From positions 256,001-320,000 of the forward strand of contig CBDCDZ010000004.1 in the NCBI GenBank assembly GCA_965215565.1: a DNA stretch of 64,000 nt, written 5' to 3'. How positions within the stretch are numbered: position 1 is the first letter of the stretch; each line of letters begins with the position of its first letter. Below the pieces are notes generated by a model, which was not told where the DNA came from, ran no database searches, and was given only the letters and a program-made list of their open reading frames with translations. The DNA comes from Trueperaceae bacterium. GTDB taxonomy: Bacteria; Deinococcota; Deinococci; Deinococcales; Trueperaceae. Both the position numbers and the translations under genes were made by a program. Shown here piece by piece: positions 1 to 9,602 of this stretch.

Positions 1-300
1 AAACGTTGCCAAGGGAGGCCATCGGCTTTATCGGACGGCTTCTGGTTGTAGTTGCGCTTTGTCAATACGACGTTGCACATAGAGTGTACGCGGCGTTAAA
101 GCGTCCCTTTCTATAGATTCACAGCTAAAAAGCAGATTTTGATTCTCCCGATCCAATTATACTTCCGCACAATATGAGATATTTCTGCGCAGTCTCTCAT
201 AGTATTTAAGGTGCTTTGTTCAGGTGACGCCGCTCGGGTATATCCATCTGGTCACGCTCAATACGCAAAAAGACGAGGTTCGCTTAGGTTGAATATTAAA

Positions 301-950
301 ACTGAGCAGTGGGGTAAGCCACCGCTCAGTAGGGTCTACCCGCTACGGGTAACAGGTAGGCATTTATCCAGCCAGTCCTCGAGGCCATAGAAGTGTCTTC
401 TATGGCTTCTAGCCATCTTGTATAGACGGCTCCGAACTACCGCCACCGAACCGCGTTCGGTGAGGTTTCTGTCGCTCGTCGAAACGAGCGATACGGTGAT
501 TTCACCGTTCGAGTGCCATTTGACACTCGGCCTTACTTTTTTCATTCTTTTCTTGTTAAATTCAACCAAGCGGCCGTGTGGCTACTCCTTGTCCAGGATA
601 GCAAGGCGTGGCAGCGGAGCGAAAGGTTAGTGACGAAGTTTGCAAAGGAAAATAAAGAGGTGGGGGTGGTGGACTTAAAATAATGAAGTGTCAAGCTCAA
701 GTGAGCCGCGCTCTACTGTTGTGGTGCACGAGGGTTTTGGGAACTCGGGCGATGATGAGGGTGGAGCCTTTGCGCGCTACGTTTACTGTTGTGATATTCG
801 TACCCGAAATGGGATGCATTGTGTCAGTTTTGTCCGGCACAAATGTAGCAGCACCTTGTTTCCTCGCTACGTCGTAGGTTAGGCAAACCTACTCAGCGCT
901 GAATAGATGAGGGCGCGAAGTTTACGAAACAGGCTTCGCGCCCTTATCTG
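301..950 (+). ncRNA. candidate large structured non-coding RNA (unknown family)
   Basis: No convincing ORF. More than 10 hairpins, e.g. GAGGCCATAGAAG/CTTCTATGGCTTC 381-409, TCGCTCGT/ACGAGCGA 472-491 and GTAGGTT/AACCTAC 874-892. Long-range helices 531-563/635-665 and 776-784/841-849. Terminal 19-bp stem 905-949. Most wobble pairs are G-U on the + strand. Confidence 0.55.
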
Positions 951-1025
951 CCTAGCGTGCATCAGCGTTTCTAAACTCTGACTATGCTCTTTTCGTCCTA
1001 ACTTGTACCCGTCCGGTAACTTGGT

Positions 1026-2831
1026 TTAATGTTGCATGTGTTTAGGCGTGCAGTAGGCGGCTGCAGTAGCAGAAGCTAGCTCTCCTCCTTGTGGGCACAG
1101 CTCGCGGTGGAGTGTTTCCGCTGCAACCCTGTCGGGTCCATCGTATTGGGGGCGAAGCTTCAAGGCCGGACCGGGGTAAGGATTATTCACATCTGGTCCA
1201 TGGTTGCTCAGGTAGCCGTTACCGCAGCCGTGCGGCTCGCTACTCTTGTAGTTGACACAGTTGTCGATCCACTGTTGGTTGATATCTGGATGCCAGCCGC
1301 CCCACCAGTCGCCGTGGTTTGAGGCACCTGGGTTAGCGCTAACTTTCTTCGTCATCGGGTCCACATCAGACGCGAGATACCAGCCTGCAGTGCTCTCGTC
1401 TAACTTCAAACGGTAGTAGATGATGTACTGCAGGTGCGGCGTATTTGCTCGCTCCTCGCAGTCGCCCCAGTACCAGTCAAATTTCCTTGGGAGAAACCAA
1501 TTGTCCGGGTTAGATGGGTCCTCTCTATTCCAGCATACAGGAAACTTCACCTGCATCCTCAAGCGTCTGAACTGATGATTTAGGGGGCTCTGGGCGCAGT
1601 CGGGAATAGTATTGCTGGCAGGATTAAAAACTTCGTTTCGCGCATCCGAGCATAAAAAGTTGACTTCGCCGCTCCTCCCTATTCCCAACGTCCCACCTTT
1701 ATCTGCGGATACGTTGTTGCCTTGCTTATCGCCCTTAGCAATCATAGCTGAACCTGGCGGGTACACTATAGAATTCCCATAGCCAAGGTTCTCACCTTTA
1801 TAGTAAATTAGGACGCTTTCCGGAATGCGAACATTACCTTGAGCATCGAATAATGCAGGTACCCAGTAGCCTGTGCGGTTAAGTTCCTGACCGTTACAGG
1901 TGCTGCTGCCGCTATCTTTAAGCGTATCGTAAGTACTGTAAGCGTTCACATCGGTGTTACCGAAATACATGTGCAGGTGTGATGCGCCGGGCTGACCGGG
2001 GTAAACAAGAGGATCATCATAAGCGAAATGCGAGAACCCGCATGTGGTACGAAAAGAGCCCGAGTTCTTGAATGCGACACCCGTTTGGTTGTTGTCAACG
2101 TACTCCTGCCGTGACCCAAAAAGTGGGCTCGTTGCTGGGTCGAGCGGCAGGTCTAGCAGGGGCGTATTGATGAAGGGTGAGTCGTCGTGGTTGCGATTTC
2201 GCACCGAGGCGGATTTGATTAGCTCGAGGTTTTCTTTGTAACTGCCTGTCGTTGGAGCGGGCTTGGGGTTGGCCGGTTGAGTCGGCGTAGTGTTGGGTGG
2301 GTCTGTAGGCGAGCCGCCCGTTGAGGCGGAGCGTAGATTTACGTCGTCGACAAAAACATCTTTACCTGACTGACCTGCGTAAAAGATGAGTTGCTGGTTG
2401 TTCGAAGCGCTCGCTGTAAAGGTGTAAGAGAAGGTCTTGGTTGAGGTGGCGAGGTTAAGCGTTTCATTCCACGAGTCTTGATAGTTTGAGTTGTTCCTTG
2501 TAGCAACTTGAAGTGGACGGTTAGCCGTCGCTTTGGCTTTGAAGCTCAAGGTGTAACGTTCACCCTGCTGCACCGCTACGTTTTGGTAGAGTTGCGCTTT
2601 CCACGGTGTTCCGTCCGAGTTTTGGATGTTGAGTTTGCCCATGCCGTTTTCGGTGACGAGTCGCCCGGTCATCGGAGAGTCGGCGTAAAATGACCAATTA
2701 CTCGCGCCGTTAAAGCTACCGTTCTTGACGAGATTTTGGGCGGTTGGCTCGAGGGTTTCTGGCTCGACTTGCGAACAGGCCACGAGAGCGAGTAAGGCAA
2801 AAAGATAGGTTAGATGCGTTTTTATCTTCAC
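1026..2831 (-). CDS. lipoprotein with N-terminal CBM4/9-type carbohydrate-binding module, P/T linker and DUF1996 domain
   Basis: Lipobox LVAC; NLVKNGSF...W...QLYQ...YTLSFKAKA CBM_4_9 pattern; DUF1996 signature FSHFAYDDPLVYPGQPGASHLHMYFGN...SSTC...YWVP; GGGAGG RBS before the GTG start. Confidence 0.85.
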   Translation of the reverse strand: MKIKTHLTYLFALLALVACSQVEPETLEPTAQNLVKNGSFNGASNWSFYADSPMTGRLVTENGMGKLNIQNSDGTPWKAQLYQNVAVQQGERYTLSFKAKATANRPLQVATRNNSNYQDSWNETLNLATSTKTFSYTFTASASNNQQLIFYAGQSGKDVFVDDVNLRSASTGGSPTDPPNTTPTQPANPKPAPTTGSYKENLELIKSASVRNRNHDDSPFINTPLLDLPLDPATSPLFGSRQEYVDNNQTGVAFKNSGSFRTTCGFSHFAYDDPLVYPGQPGASHLHMYFGNTDVNAYSTYDTLKDSGSSTCNGQELNRTGYWVPALFDAQGNVRIPESVLIYYKGENLGYGNSIVYPPGSAMIAKGDKQGNNVSADKGGTLGIGRSGEVNFLCSDARNEVFNPASNTIPDCAQSPLNHQFRRLRMQVKFPVCWNREDPSNPDNWFLPRKFDWYWGDCEERANTPHLQYIIYYRLKLDESTAGWYLASDVDPMTKKVSANPGASNHGDWWGGWHPDINQQWIDNCVNYKSSEPHGCGNGYLSNHGPDVNNPYPGPALKLRPQYDGPDRVAAETLHRELCPQGGELASATAAAYCTPKHMQH

Positions 2832-3350
2832 GGTTATCGTCCTCCCATAGAATAGTGTCCTAAACTAACTCGGTGTAGATTCGTCCTGTTACATCAGCGA
2901 CCTCCCCAGCACGCTGTAAAGGGCACGCCTGCTACGCTGTTACGTCCACCACATACCCGACAGGTGTATCCATTCGCGGGTGCCAGATGCGAGTATAGGT
3001 AGAGCGCTCCAGCCGATGTAACGCTAAGCTTTTTCTCATCGAGTATCACCGGCACTTTGAAGCGCGGAAGAATTGAGAGATGTGTCACGGTATTGAGTAG
3101 AAGAAGCGCGCGGTGTGGCAATGCCGATTGACATCTACGTAAGATGACGTACGTCTTAGTGAGCTTAGGCTTTAGATTTAAGAGGGATGTCCGAGCTTTG
3201 ACGAGGGTGATACGCGCCGCTTCTGAGCCTCGAGACGTGCGTCCTCACCCCATCATCTACACGGGTATTTCACAAAGGTGAGCACGCAAAGAGAGGACAC
3301 GAACGCCGTGCCCTCTAGGTCCTCTTAGACGCACTTGCGGCGTTTAACCT

Positions 3351-3953
3351 TTAGTTGCTCGCCCTAAGCTCGACATCGTCCAAGCAGATAGTCACGGGCG
3401 CAGCGCTGGCGAATTCACCACCCGTACTCAAGCTGACGCGACCTTCGTTTGCGCTTTCAGTGACCTCAGCGGCGAGCGTGTAGTCGGTCCGGTTGTTGGT
3501 GAGCGCGAACATCTGCTCGCTTAGTGAGGTGTAGTCGTTGCCGTCCTCTTCCAAAGCCGCTCGTATCTGAACGGGTTTGTTGGCGTAGGCATTAAAAGAG
3601 AGCGTGTAACGTTCGCCTGAGCGCAAGGAGAGACCGCCCTGAACGACTTGAGAGTTCCAGACGGCGTCGCCCGCGCTCTCGATGTCGAGGCAGAGTTCGC
3701 CGTAAGAGAAGCTGCTCTCGCCCTGCGCCGCCTCGAGAAAGTACGCGCCCCACCCATCCTCACGGTTGAAAGACGAGTTTTGCAAGAGGTTGGGACCCTC
3801 GGCCGCCTCGCTACTCGCTGCACTATTTGCCATATCATCCGCCGCGCCGCCCGTTGTTCCGCCCACTGTCCCACCTGCTTCTGTTTGTGGCGCGCAGGCG
3901 CTAAGACCTAAAAGAGCAGTGAGTAAAAGGGCGGTTATGTAGGTTGACTTCAT
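3351..3953 (-). CDS. stand-alone CBM4-type carbohydrate-binding lipoprotein
   Basis: ATG at 3953 with AGGAGG RBS; lipobox LSAC; NLLQNSSF..W..GELCLDI..W..Q..YTLSFNAYA..ICLDDV with the CBM4 Cys pair. Confidence 0.85.
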   Translation of the reverse strand: MKSTYITALLLTALLGLSACAPQTEAGGTVGGTTGGAADDMANSAASSEAAEGPNLLQNSSFNREDGWGAYFLEAAQGESSFSYGELCLDIESAGDAVWNSQVVQGGLSLRSGERYTLSFNAYANKPVQIRAALEEDGNDYTSLSEQMFALTNNRTDYTLAAEVTESANEGRVSLSTGGEFASAAPVTICLDDVELRASN

Positions 3954-4071
3954 GTTCGAACCTCCTCGATAAGGTTGCTTGATAGACGCTCTAAAAATGC
4001 TCATAGGGGTTTTATAGGTTGCCTTTCGGAATAATAGGGTGCGGCGACTTCGTCGGGCCGCCGCTCTAAGA

Positions 4072-4665
4072 TTACTCGTCCGCTGCACCATCTTGGACGC
4101 GCACCTCGATGTTATCGAGGCAGAGCGTGACGGGCGTCGTGCTCACGAGGTCGCCGCCCGTGCTCAAGATAATGCGGTTATTGTCGGCTGCCTCCTCTAC
4201 GGTCCCGGTGAATTCGTAGCTGGTCAGCGCGTCCGTAAGTTCGAACGTTTCTCCCGCCAAGGCGGTGTAGTCGTCGCCCTCCTCCTCGAGCAAAACGCGC
4301 ATCTGAAGGCTCTGGTCCGCTTTCGCGTCGAAGCGCGTTGTGTAAGTTGTCCCTACCTCGAGCCCTAGCTCGCTCTGCACAACCTGAATTTGCCACACGT
4401 CGCTGCCTCCATCAGTGATGTCGAGACAAAGCTCGCCCTCCCTGAGTTCGGCTTCACCCTGGGCTGTCTCGAGAAAATAGGACGCCCAGCCTTCGAGCGT
4501 GTCGAACTCACCGTTCTGGACGAGGTTGGGCGATTCTTCGGGTTCGGGCTCAGGCGCAGGTTCTTCAACGGGCTCCGAGGGGGGAGGTGGCGTGTCGGTT
4601 TGAAAGCAAGCGCTCAGTGTCAAGATGGTGGCGGCGGCGAGGAGGCGTAAAAATACCGATTTCAT
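4072..4665 (-). CDS. stand-alone CBM4-type carbohydrate-binding lipoprotein (paralog of the downstream gene)
   Basis: ATG at 4665 with AAGGA RBS; lipobox LSAC; Pro/Glu linker; NLVQNGEF..GELCLDI..LCLDNI. Confidence 0.85.
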   Translation of the reverse strand: MKSVFLRLLAAATILTLSACFQTDTPPPPSEPVEEPAPEPEPEESPNLVQNGEFDTLEGWASYFLETAQGEAELREGELCLDITDGGSDVWQIQVVQSELGLEVGTTYTTRFDAKADQSLQMRVLLEEEGDDYTALAGETFELTDALTSYEFTGTVEEAADNNRIILSTGGDLVSTTPVTLCLDNIEVRVQDGAADE

Positions 4666-5071
4666 AACTTGAATCCTTTCAAAGTGTTTTTGCGTTGACC
4701 GCTTATATGTCAAGGTTCCTTTTATGTGCCGAGACCCCTCTTCCTATCAAGTGGCACACCACATAGCCAAAAGCGTACCTTGCTAGAGAGGCGCAGTTGG
4801 ATTTTATGAGAATTCTCAGCCGTGATTCGGGAACCTCGTGCGAGCGAAGCGTAGGAGGCGGTTGGCGCAGTGGGTAGCGTGACCCACAACCTGACAGACG
4901 ACAAACGGCTAATAGATAGGCGACGATTGGACAGTGGATAGCCCCTTCCTGACAGAACAAATTAGTTAATTTACGTTGCCCATCATACGAACGGATAATG
5001 TGAAAAATGTGTGATTTTCTGTGCTGCCTCAGTCGCTTTGAGCGGCGCGTTGACGGGCGTAAAACGCGCCG

Positions 5072-6169
5072 TTAAAAGCGCGACTTGTAAACTTTTTCGG
5101 TGAAGTCGAGCCAGGTGACTCTGGCGTTGGCTTGTCCTCGCCACCCCGGGGGCGGCTCGAGGCAGAGTTCGAAGTAGGCGGACTCGCCCTTGGCGATAGG
5201 GCCTTCCACCTCGCCCAAAACGAAGCGCTGAGCGCGTGTCTCTCCTCGCACCTCGAAGTCGACGACGACGGTGGCGGTGCGCAGATCATAAGCTTCGTTG
5301 CGCAGCGAGAGCGAGGCGCGCGTCTGACACGTGTCGCCTGAACCGAGCGTGAAGTCGGTGAGTCGGACGCGCGCTAGGTGCGGCAGCATCCGGCGACCTC
5401 GGCTCGCGGTGCGCGTGACGGCGGCTCGGGTCTCGCTATCTAAATTTGCAGCGAAGCGTCCTACTTCGGCTAGGAGGTCCTGCGCCTCCTGGAGCGCGCC
5501 GTCTGCGGCGAGCGTTTCGGCGCTCGCGAGCGCCGCCTCGACGCGCCACAAAGGGTAGGTAACGCGCCACGCGCCCTCCTCCTGGATCAGCTTGAAGCGG
5601 TGCCGCGTCTCTTTGAGGGGCGGCTGGCGCAAGTTACGCAGCGCTTGCGCCAGGCGCTGTTCCTGAACGACGCTGAGCGGGGCGTCAGGACGCCCGAGCG
5701 CCGCCGTGAACGTCCCTCCTAAACTCCGGTAGTCGGGTGCTACGAGCCGCGCGGTGGCGGCGGCGTAAGTCTCTGCGCGCACCACCTCGCTCACCTCGGT
5801 GAAGGCGACGCCCTCTTGCGCCGCCTCAGCATCCGTGATTACCTCAAGGCGCGCGCCGCCATACTGCGAGAAGAAGAGGTGCGGGTAAAGCTCGAAGCGC
5901 ACCCGCGACGAGAACGCCTCCTCGCTGATGACCTCTCTGTCGCCGCTGCTCAAGTAGCGGTACGCCCGCCCTACCTCTCCCGTTTGCAGGACTCGCCAAT
6001 AGTCCTCGGCGGTCTTTTCAAGCGGCGTTTGCGAACTGCAGGCGCTCAAGTAAAGAAAGGCGAGGAGCCACCCGAGTCGGTTGAGAGAGGGTGAAGCAGT
6101 GAACCGGACGGCACGCCGGGCTATCCGGCGAGCCAAGTCGAAAGTTTGAGAAAGGACCGTGATGCTCAT
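5072..6169 (-). CDS. hypothetical lipoprotein
   Basis: 365-aa ORF with high-GC codon usage; LSAC lipobox followed by a PLEKTAEDYWRVLQTGEVGRAYRYLS NTF2-like lipoprotein pattern. Confidence 0.7.
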   Translation of the reverse strand: MSITVLSQTFDLARRIARRAVRFTASPSLNRLGWLLAFLYLSACSSQTPLEKTAEDYWRVLQTGEVGRAYRYLSSGDREVISEEAFSSRVRFELYPHLFFSQYGGARLEVITDAEAAQEGVAFTEVSEVVRAETYAAATARLVAPDYRSLGGTFTAALGRPDAPLSVVQEQRLAQALRNLRQPPLKETRHRFKLIQEEGAWRVTYPLWRVEAALASAETLAADGALQEAQDLLAEVGRFAANLDSETRAAVTRTASRGRRMLPHLARVRLTDFTLGSGDTCQTRASLSLRNEAYDLRTATVVVDFEVRGETRAQRFVLGEVEGPIAKGESAYFELCLEPPPGWRGQANARVTWLDFTEKVYKSRF

Positions 6170-6226
6170 ACGGGCGCAGTGTAGCGAGGATCAAGAGGGC
6201 GCGTCGGCGCTAATTACCGCCCTTAA

Positions 6227-6269
6227 TGCTTAACGTCCCATTTGCTTAACGTCCCATTCGCTTAACGTC
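6227..6269. repeat. 16-bp tandem repeat TGCTTAACGTCCCATT, about 2.7 copies, in a divergent promoter region
   Basis: Two exact copies at 6227-6242 and 6243-6258, plus a partial third copy. Confidence 0.9.
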
Positions 6270-6303
6270 TCGCCGCGCCGCGCCCTGAACTAAGCTATCT
6301 CTC

Positions 6304-9114
6304 ATGCAACCTGAAGCGCCTACACAACCTAAAGCCCCTGCGCAACCTAGAACGATGTGCACGCGATCTACAGCGCGTCCCTACAGCGGATTTCATCACA
6401 AGGTTTTTCATCACAAGGTTGAGACCGCACCCTTCACCGCTGCCAAGTTGGGTTGGCTGAGCGGCGTGCTGCTCCTTGCGCTGCTTATGGGTTGCGGCTC
6501 GAGCCGCAACCCGCATACCTCCGAAGACATCCTCGTGCCGACGCTCAGCGTGACCGAGACGGACAGTTTCACCTTCAGGTTCGCCGCGCTCGGTCTCGCG
6601 CTAGACCTCTCGCCCGGCGAGCCGTCCGAGGGCGCGGAAGACGAGGGCTACGCCTGGAGTTTTGGCGACGGACAGGGTGCTGCGGGCAGGGTTGCCGAAC
6701 ACACCTACGCCGCCGAAGGGCGCTACGAGGTAACGCTTGAAGTCACCGACGCGAACGGGGCGCGCTACACGTTGACGCGCTACGTCTACGCCCGCCCGCT
6801 CGCCCTGAGTCTCTCCTCAGATGCAACGGACCTCGCCCAGAACCGGACGTTCACCTTCCGAAACGTGACGGACGCGCCGCTGACCTGGAGCCTAGACGCC
6901 GAGCCTGACCCGGCGAACCCCAGTCCGGGCGGGTGGTTTGAGGCGCGCCCTGAAAGGGGCACGCTCGCTAGAGGCGAGCGCGTCACGCTCAACCTCACAC
7001 CTGACCCCGGACTCGAGCCGGGGTTTTACTTGTCGACGCTGAGCGTCGTGCACCCCGGAGGCTCGCTCGAGTTCGACGTCGCCGCGCAGCTCGGTCCCGC
7101 ACAGCCGCGCGTGTCGCTGTCCGTGCCCCGCGCTGTGGTGACGCAGGGGCGCAGCGAGGCGGACCTCAGCGTGTGGGTCAGCGGCTTTGCAGAGAGCGCC
7201 TATCTGAGCCTGGAAAACCCGCCGCCCGAGTTGCAACTGCGCCTGCCTGATCCTAAAATCTCCGACACCGAAGCGGGGCTCTTGAGCGTATCGCCCACCC
7301 TGGACGCGCCGCTAGGCGAGCACGTGGTTACGCTCAGCGCGCAGAGCGGTGAGGCGCAAGAGAGGCGAGCGAGCGTCACGCTCATCGTCGAGGTGCTGGC
7401 GCGGGGCGCAGGGCGCGCGCGCGTCAGCGGGCAAGTCGTAACCGAAAATGCAGCCATTCGCATTCCGGTAGATGAGAGCGGGGCCGAACTGAGTGGAGCG
7501 GGGCAGAGCGGGGCGGGGCAGAGTGTCATGACTATCTCTCCAACTGTGAGCCGAGCGCGACCCGCTTTCGTGCTGGGACAACTTCTGCTCAGCTACCGAG
7601 AAGAGGTCCAAGCTGCGAATGCAGAGTGGCGCGGCGCGTTTCTCGAGCGTCAAACCCGGCGCGCCGCACTCGTCGCTGAGTTAGAACGCACCTACGGCTT
7701 TGACGTAGTTGCATCTCTGGGACGCGCCGCCGAGCCGGGTCACGTCGATCTCGTGACACTCGCGCCGGGGCAAGACGTATTGCGAATGGCGGCGAAGCTC
7801 GCCCGCGATCCGCGCATCGCGCACGCGGAGCCGAACTACTACGTAGACGCAGCTTCGGCGACTTCGGCTGCCGAGCATTCGGGTCTGCCCGATGACCCTC
7901 TGCTGTTCGAGCAGTGGGCGCTAGCCGCAGCAGGTATCCCCGCCGCTTGGAGCGCTATTGACGCGGGCGCAGTCTCCGCTGATGTGCCCGCCGATGTAAC
8001 CGTCGCCGTGCTCGACACAGGCTTCGATCTCACTCACCCTGACCTCGCCGCGCAATTTTTGCCGGGTATTGACTTTTGTGCGGGCGAAATGGCGTGCGGC
8101 ACCCAAATGGACGATGACCCAAGTTACAGCAACCCTTCCAACGGGCACGGTACGCACGTCGCGGGCATCATCGGCGCAGTTCCTGATAACGGCGTAGGTG
8201 TCGCAGGCGTCGCGCCCAACGCTCGCCTCTTGCCCGTCAAGGTCTTCGACGATTTTGGCGAAGGCGCGACCGCGGCGGCGCTGATTCAGGCTATCCGTTG
8301 GTCTGCCGGGCTCAGCGTCTCGGGTGCCCCCACCAACGTTCACCCTGCTGATATTATCAACATAAGCCTGGGCGGATTGTTTGGTAGTGCGGCTGTTCAA
8401 AAGGCGGTAGACGAAGCCCGCGACGCAGGCGCACTGGTCATCGCGGCAACCGGCAACAACGACCTCGCAGGTGTTGTGCGGACGCCCGCCGCCGCCGAGG
8501 GTGTACTCGGGGTAGGCGCGGTCAACACTCGTTTCGAGCGGGCGTGCTTCTCGAACTATGGTCAAAAGGGTGTTTACGGTCCCGGTGGTGTAGACCTTAT
8601 GGCTCCGGGTGGAGGCTGCAATGGACTCGGCGTGCTCAGCACGTGGCCGGACGGTTACAGCGAGCAAGCGGGCACCTCGATGGCGACGCCCATCGTCTCG
8701 GGTCTCGCCGCGCTCATGTTAGCCGAACAACCCGAGTTGAGCGTGGCGCAACTTGAGCGCAACCTCCTAGACGCTGCCTACTTCGACGTTGAGTTTATGG
8801 ACACTTACGAATACGGCGCAGGCGTCATCCGCGCCGAGCGGCTCTTGGGCCTGCCTAGCCCCGGCGACGAGGTCACGGTTGCCGCGAGTGCGACGTCTGA
8901 TGGCGAGGACAGTGATGAGGGCGGCGCGGTGGACTACGTCACGCTTGATCTCTACGGAGGCTCGGAGCCCTTCATGCTTAAAGGGCTGCAAGAGGCGCGC
9001 TACACTTTGGAGGTGTCGGCGGGCACGACAAACCGCGCTTACAGCAGCAGCAAGACCCTCGAGCTAGCACTAGGAGAACTCGAGACGACGCTCCCCCTCT
9101 CCTTGAACCCTTAA
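6304..9114 (+). CDS. S8 (subtilisin-family) serine peptidase lipoprotein with PKD and BACON/Ig-like domains
   Basis: Catalytic motifs VAVLDTG, HGTHVAG and GTSMATP; PKD motif WSFGDG..HTY..G.Y.VTL.VTD; LLMGC lipobox. Start uncertain (6304 or 6355). Confidence 0.92.
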   Translation: MQPEAPTQPKAPAQPRTMCTRSTARPYSGFHHKVFHHKVETAPFTAAKLGWLSGVLLLALLMGCGSSRNPHTSEDILVPTLSVTETDSFTFRFAALGLALDLSPGEPSEGAEDEGYAWSFGDGQGAAGRVAEHTYAAEGRYEVTLEVTDANGARYTLTRYVYARPLALSLSSDATDLAQNRTFTFRNVTDAPLTWSLDAEPDPANPSPGGWFEARPERGTLARGERVTLNLTPDPGLEPGFYLSTLSVVHPGGSLEFDVAAQLGPAQPRVSLSVPRAVVTQGRSEADLSVWVSGFAESAYLSLENPPPELQLRLPDPKISDTEAGLLSVSPTLDAPLGEHVVTLSAQSGEAQERRASVTLIVEVLARGAGRARVSGQVVTENAAIRIPVDESGAELSGAGQSGAGQSVMTISPTVSRARPAFVLGQLLLSYREEVQAANAEWRGAFLERQTRRAALVAELERTYGFDVVASLGRAAEPGHVDLVTLAPGQDVLRMAAKLARDPRIAHAEPNYYVDAASATSAAEHSGLPDDPLLFEQWALAAAGIPAAWSAIDAGAVSADVPADVTVAVLDTGFDLTHPDLAAQFLPGIDFCAGEMACGTQMDDDPSYSNPSNGHGTHVAGIIGAVPDNGVGVAGVAPNARLLPVKVFDDFGEGATAAALIQAIRWSAGLSVSGAPTNVHPADIINISLGGLFGSAAVQKAVDEARDAGALVIAATGNNDLAGVVRTPAAAEGVLGVGAVNTRFERACFSNYGQKGVYGPGGVDLMAPGGGCNGLGVLSTWPDGYSEQAGTSMATPIVSGLAALMLAEQPELSVAQLERNLLDAAYFDVEFMDTYEYGAGVIRAERLLGLPSPGDEVTVAASATSDGEDSDEGGAVDYVTLDLYGGSEPFMLKGLQEARYTLEVSAGTTNRAYSSSKTLELALGELETTLPLSLNP

Positions 9115-9192
9115 ACGGTACTGAAAGTTCGCGCTTTGGACTAAAAAAAGAGGACGGGGGTAAGACCGCACCTCTTTAACCAACTGGCTAGG

Positions 9193-9468
9193 TTAGTTCG
9201 TAGCTGGTAGATAAGCTACGTGAACTGTGACTACTGACAAGTCGAGCCCGAGCTTATCCTTGGCTAATTTTACAACGGCGCGGTTGACGAAACCCAAATC
9301 GACATCTCGCCAGCCGCTGCGTCTGCGGAGCACGAAACGAGACCCCGAGACGACGAGGGTGGCTTCCCATCTCACCCGCTGCTGGTAGTCCGTGTAAACG
9401 AGGACGCCATCCCCGTTTTGCAAGGTGATCGAGAGGTCTCGAGCACCCTGCTCGTAGTTGAACTGCAT
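9193..9468 (-). CDS. small hypothetical protein (ORFan-like)
   Basis: ATG at 9468 preceded by GAGGAAAG; followed by a hairpin plus U-tract at about 9143-9177. Confidence 0.6.
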   Translation of the reverse strand: MQFNYEQGARDLSITLQNGDGVLVYTDYQQRVRWEATLVVSGSRFVLRRRSGWRDVDLGFVNRAVVKLAKDKLGLDLSVVTVHVAYLPATN

Positions 9469-9526
9469 AACGCTTTCCTCATAGAAACTACCCGGTGAGT
9501 CTAACAAAGACGTTGCGCCCTCAAAT

Positions 9527-9556
9527 AAAAAAGCCCAGACCTGGTGAGTCTGAGCT
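9527..9556 (-). terminator. intrinsic terminator after 9603..10442
   Basis: Minus strand reads AGCTCAGAC-TCACCAG-GTCTGGGCT-TTTTT. Confidence 0.75.
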
Positions 9557-9602
9557 AGTAGAGGGCTAGGCCCTCGATGTTGCCGGAAAAGAGCAGCGTG
9601 AG

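Noticed and set aside
1..80. Possible truncated minus-strand ORF MCNVVLTKRNYNQKPSDKADGLPWQR, faintly like the start of 20579..21229
   Set aside because: Only 26 codons are visible and the similarity (P.WQR) is too short to support.
425..740. Group II intron domain V-like strings (ACGGCTCC/GAACCG near 426-453; GAGCCGCG..GCACG..GGTT at 703-736)
   Set aside because: Pairing and spacing do not give a canonical domain V/VI. No GUGYG start or RT ORF was identified.
336..882. Short ORFs 336..569(-), 418..630, 683..877 and 688..882
   Set aside because: No RBS or recognisable motifs; they overlap a region better explained by RNA structure.
748..930. Hammerhead-like GATGAG ... CGAAAC
   Set aside because: The core reads ATGATGAG rather than CTGATGAG, and the stems do not arrange into a hammerhead.
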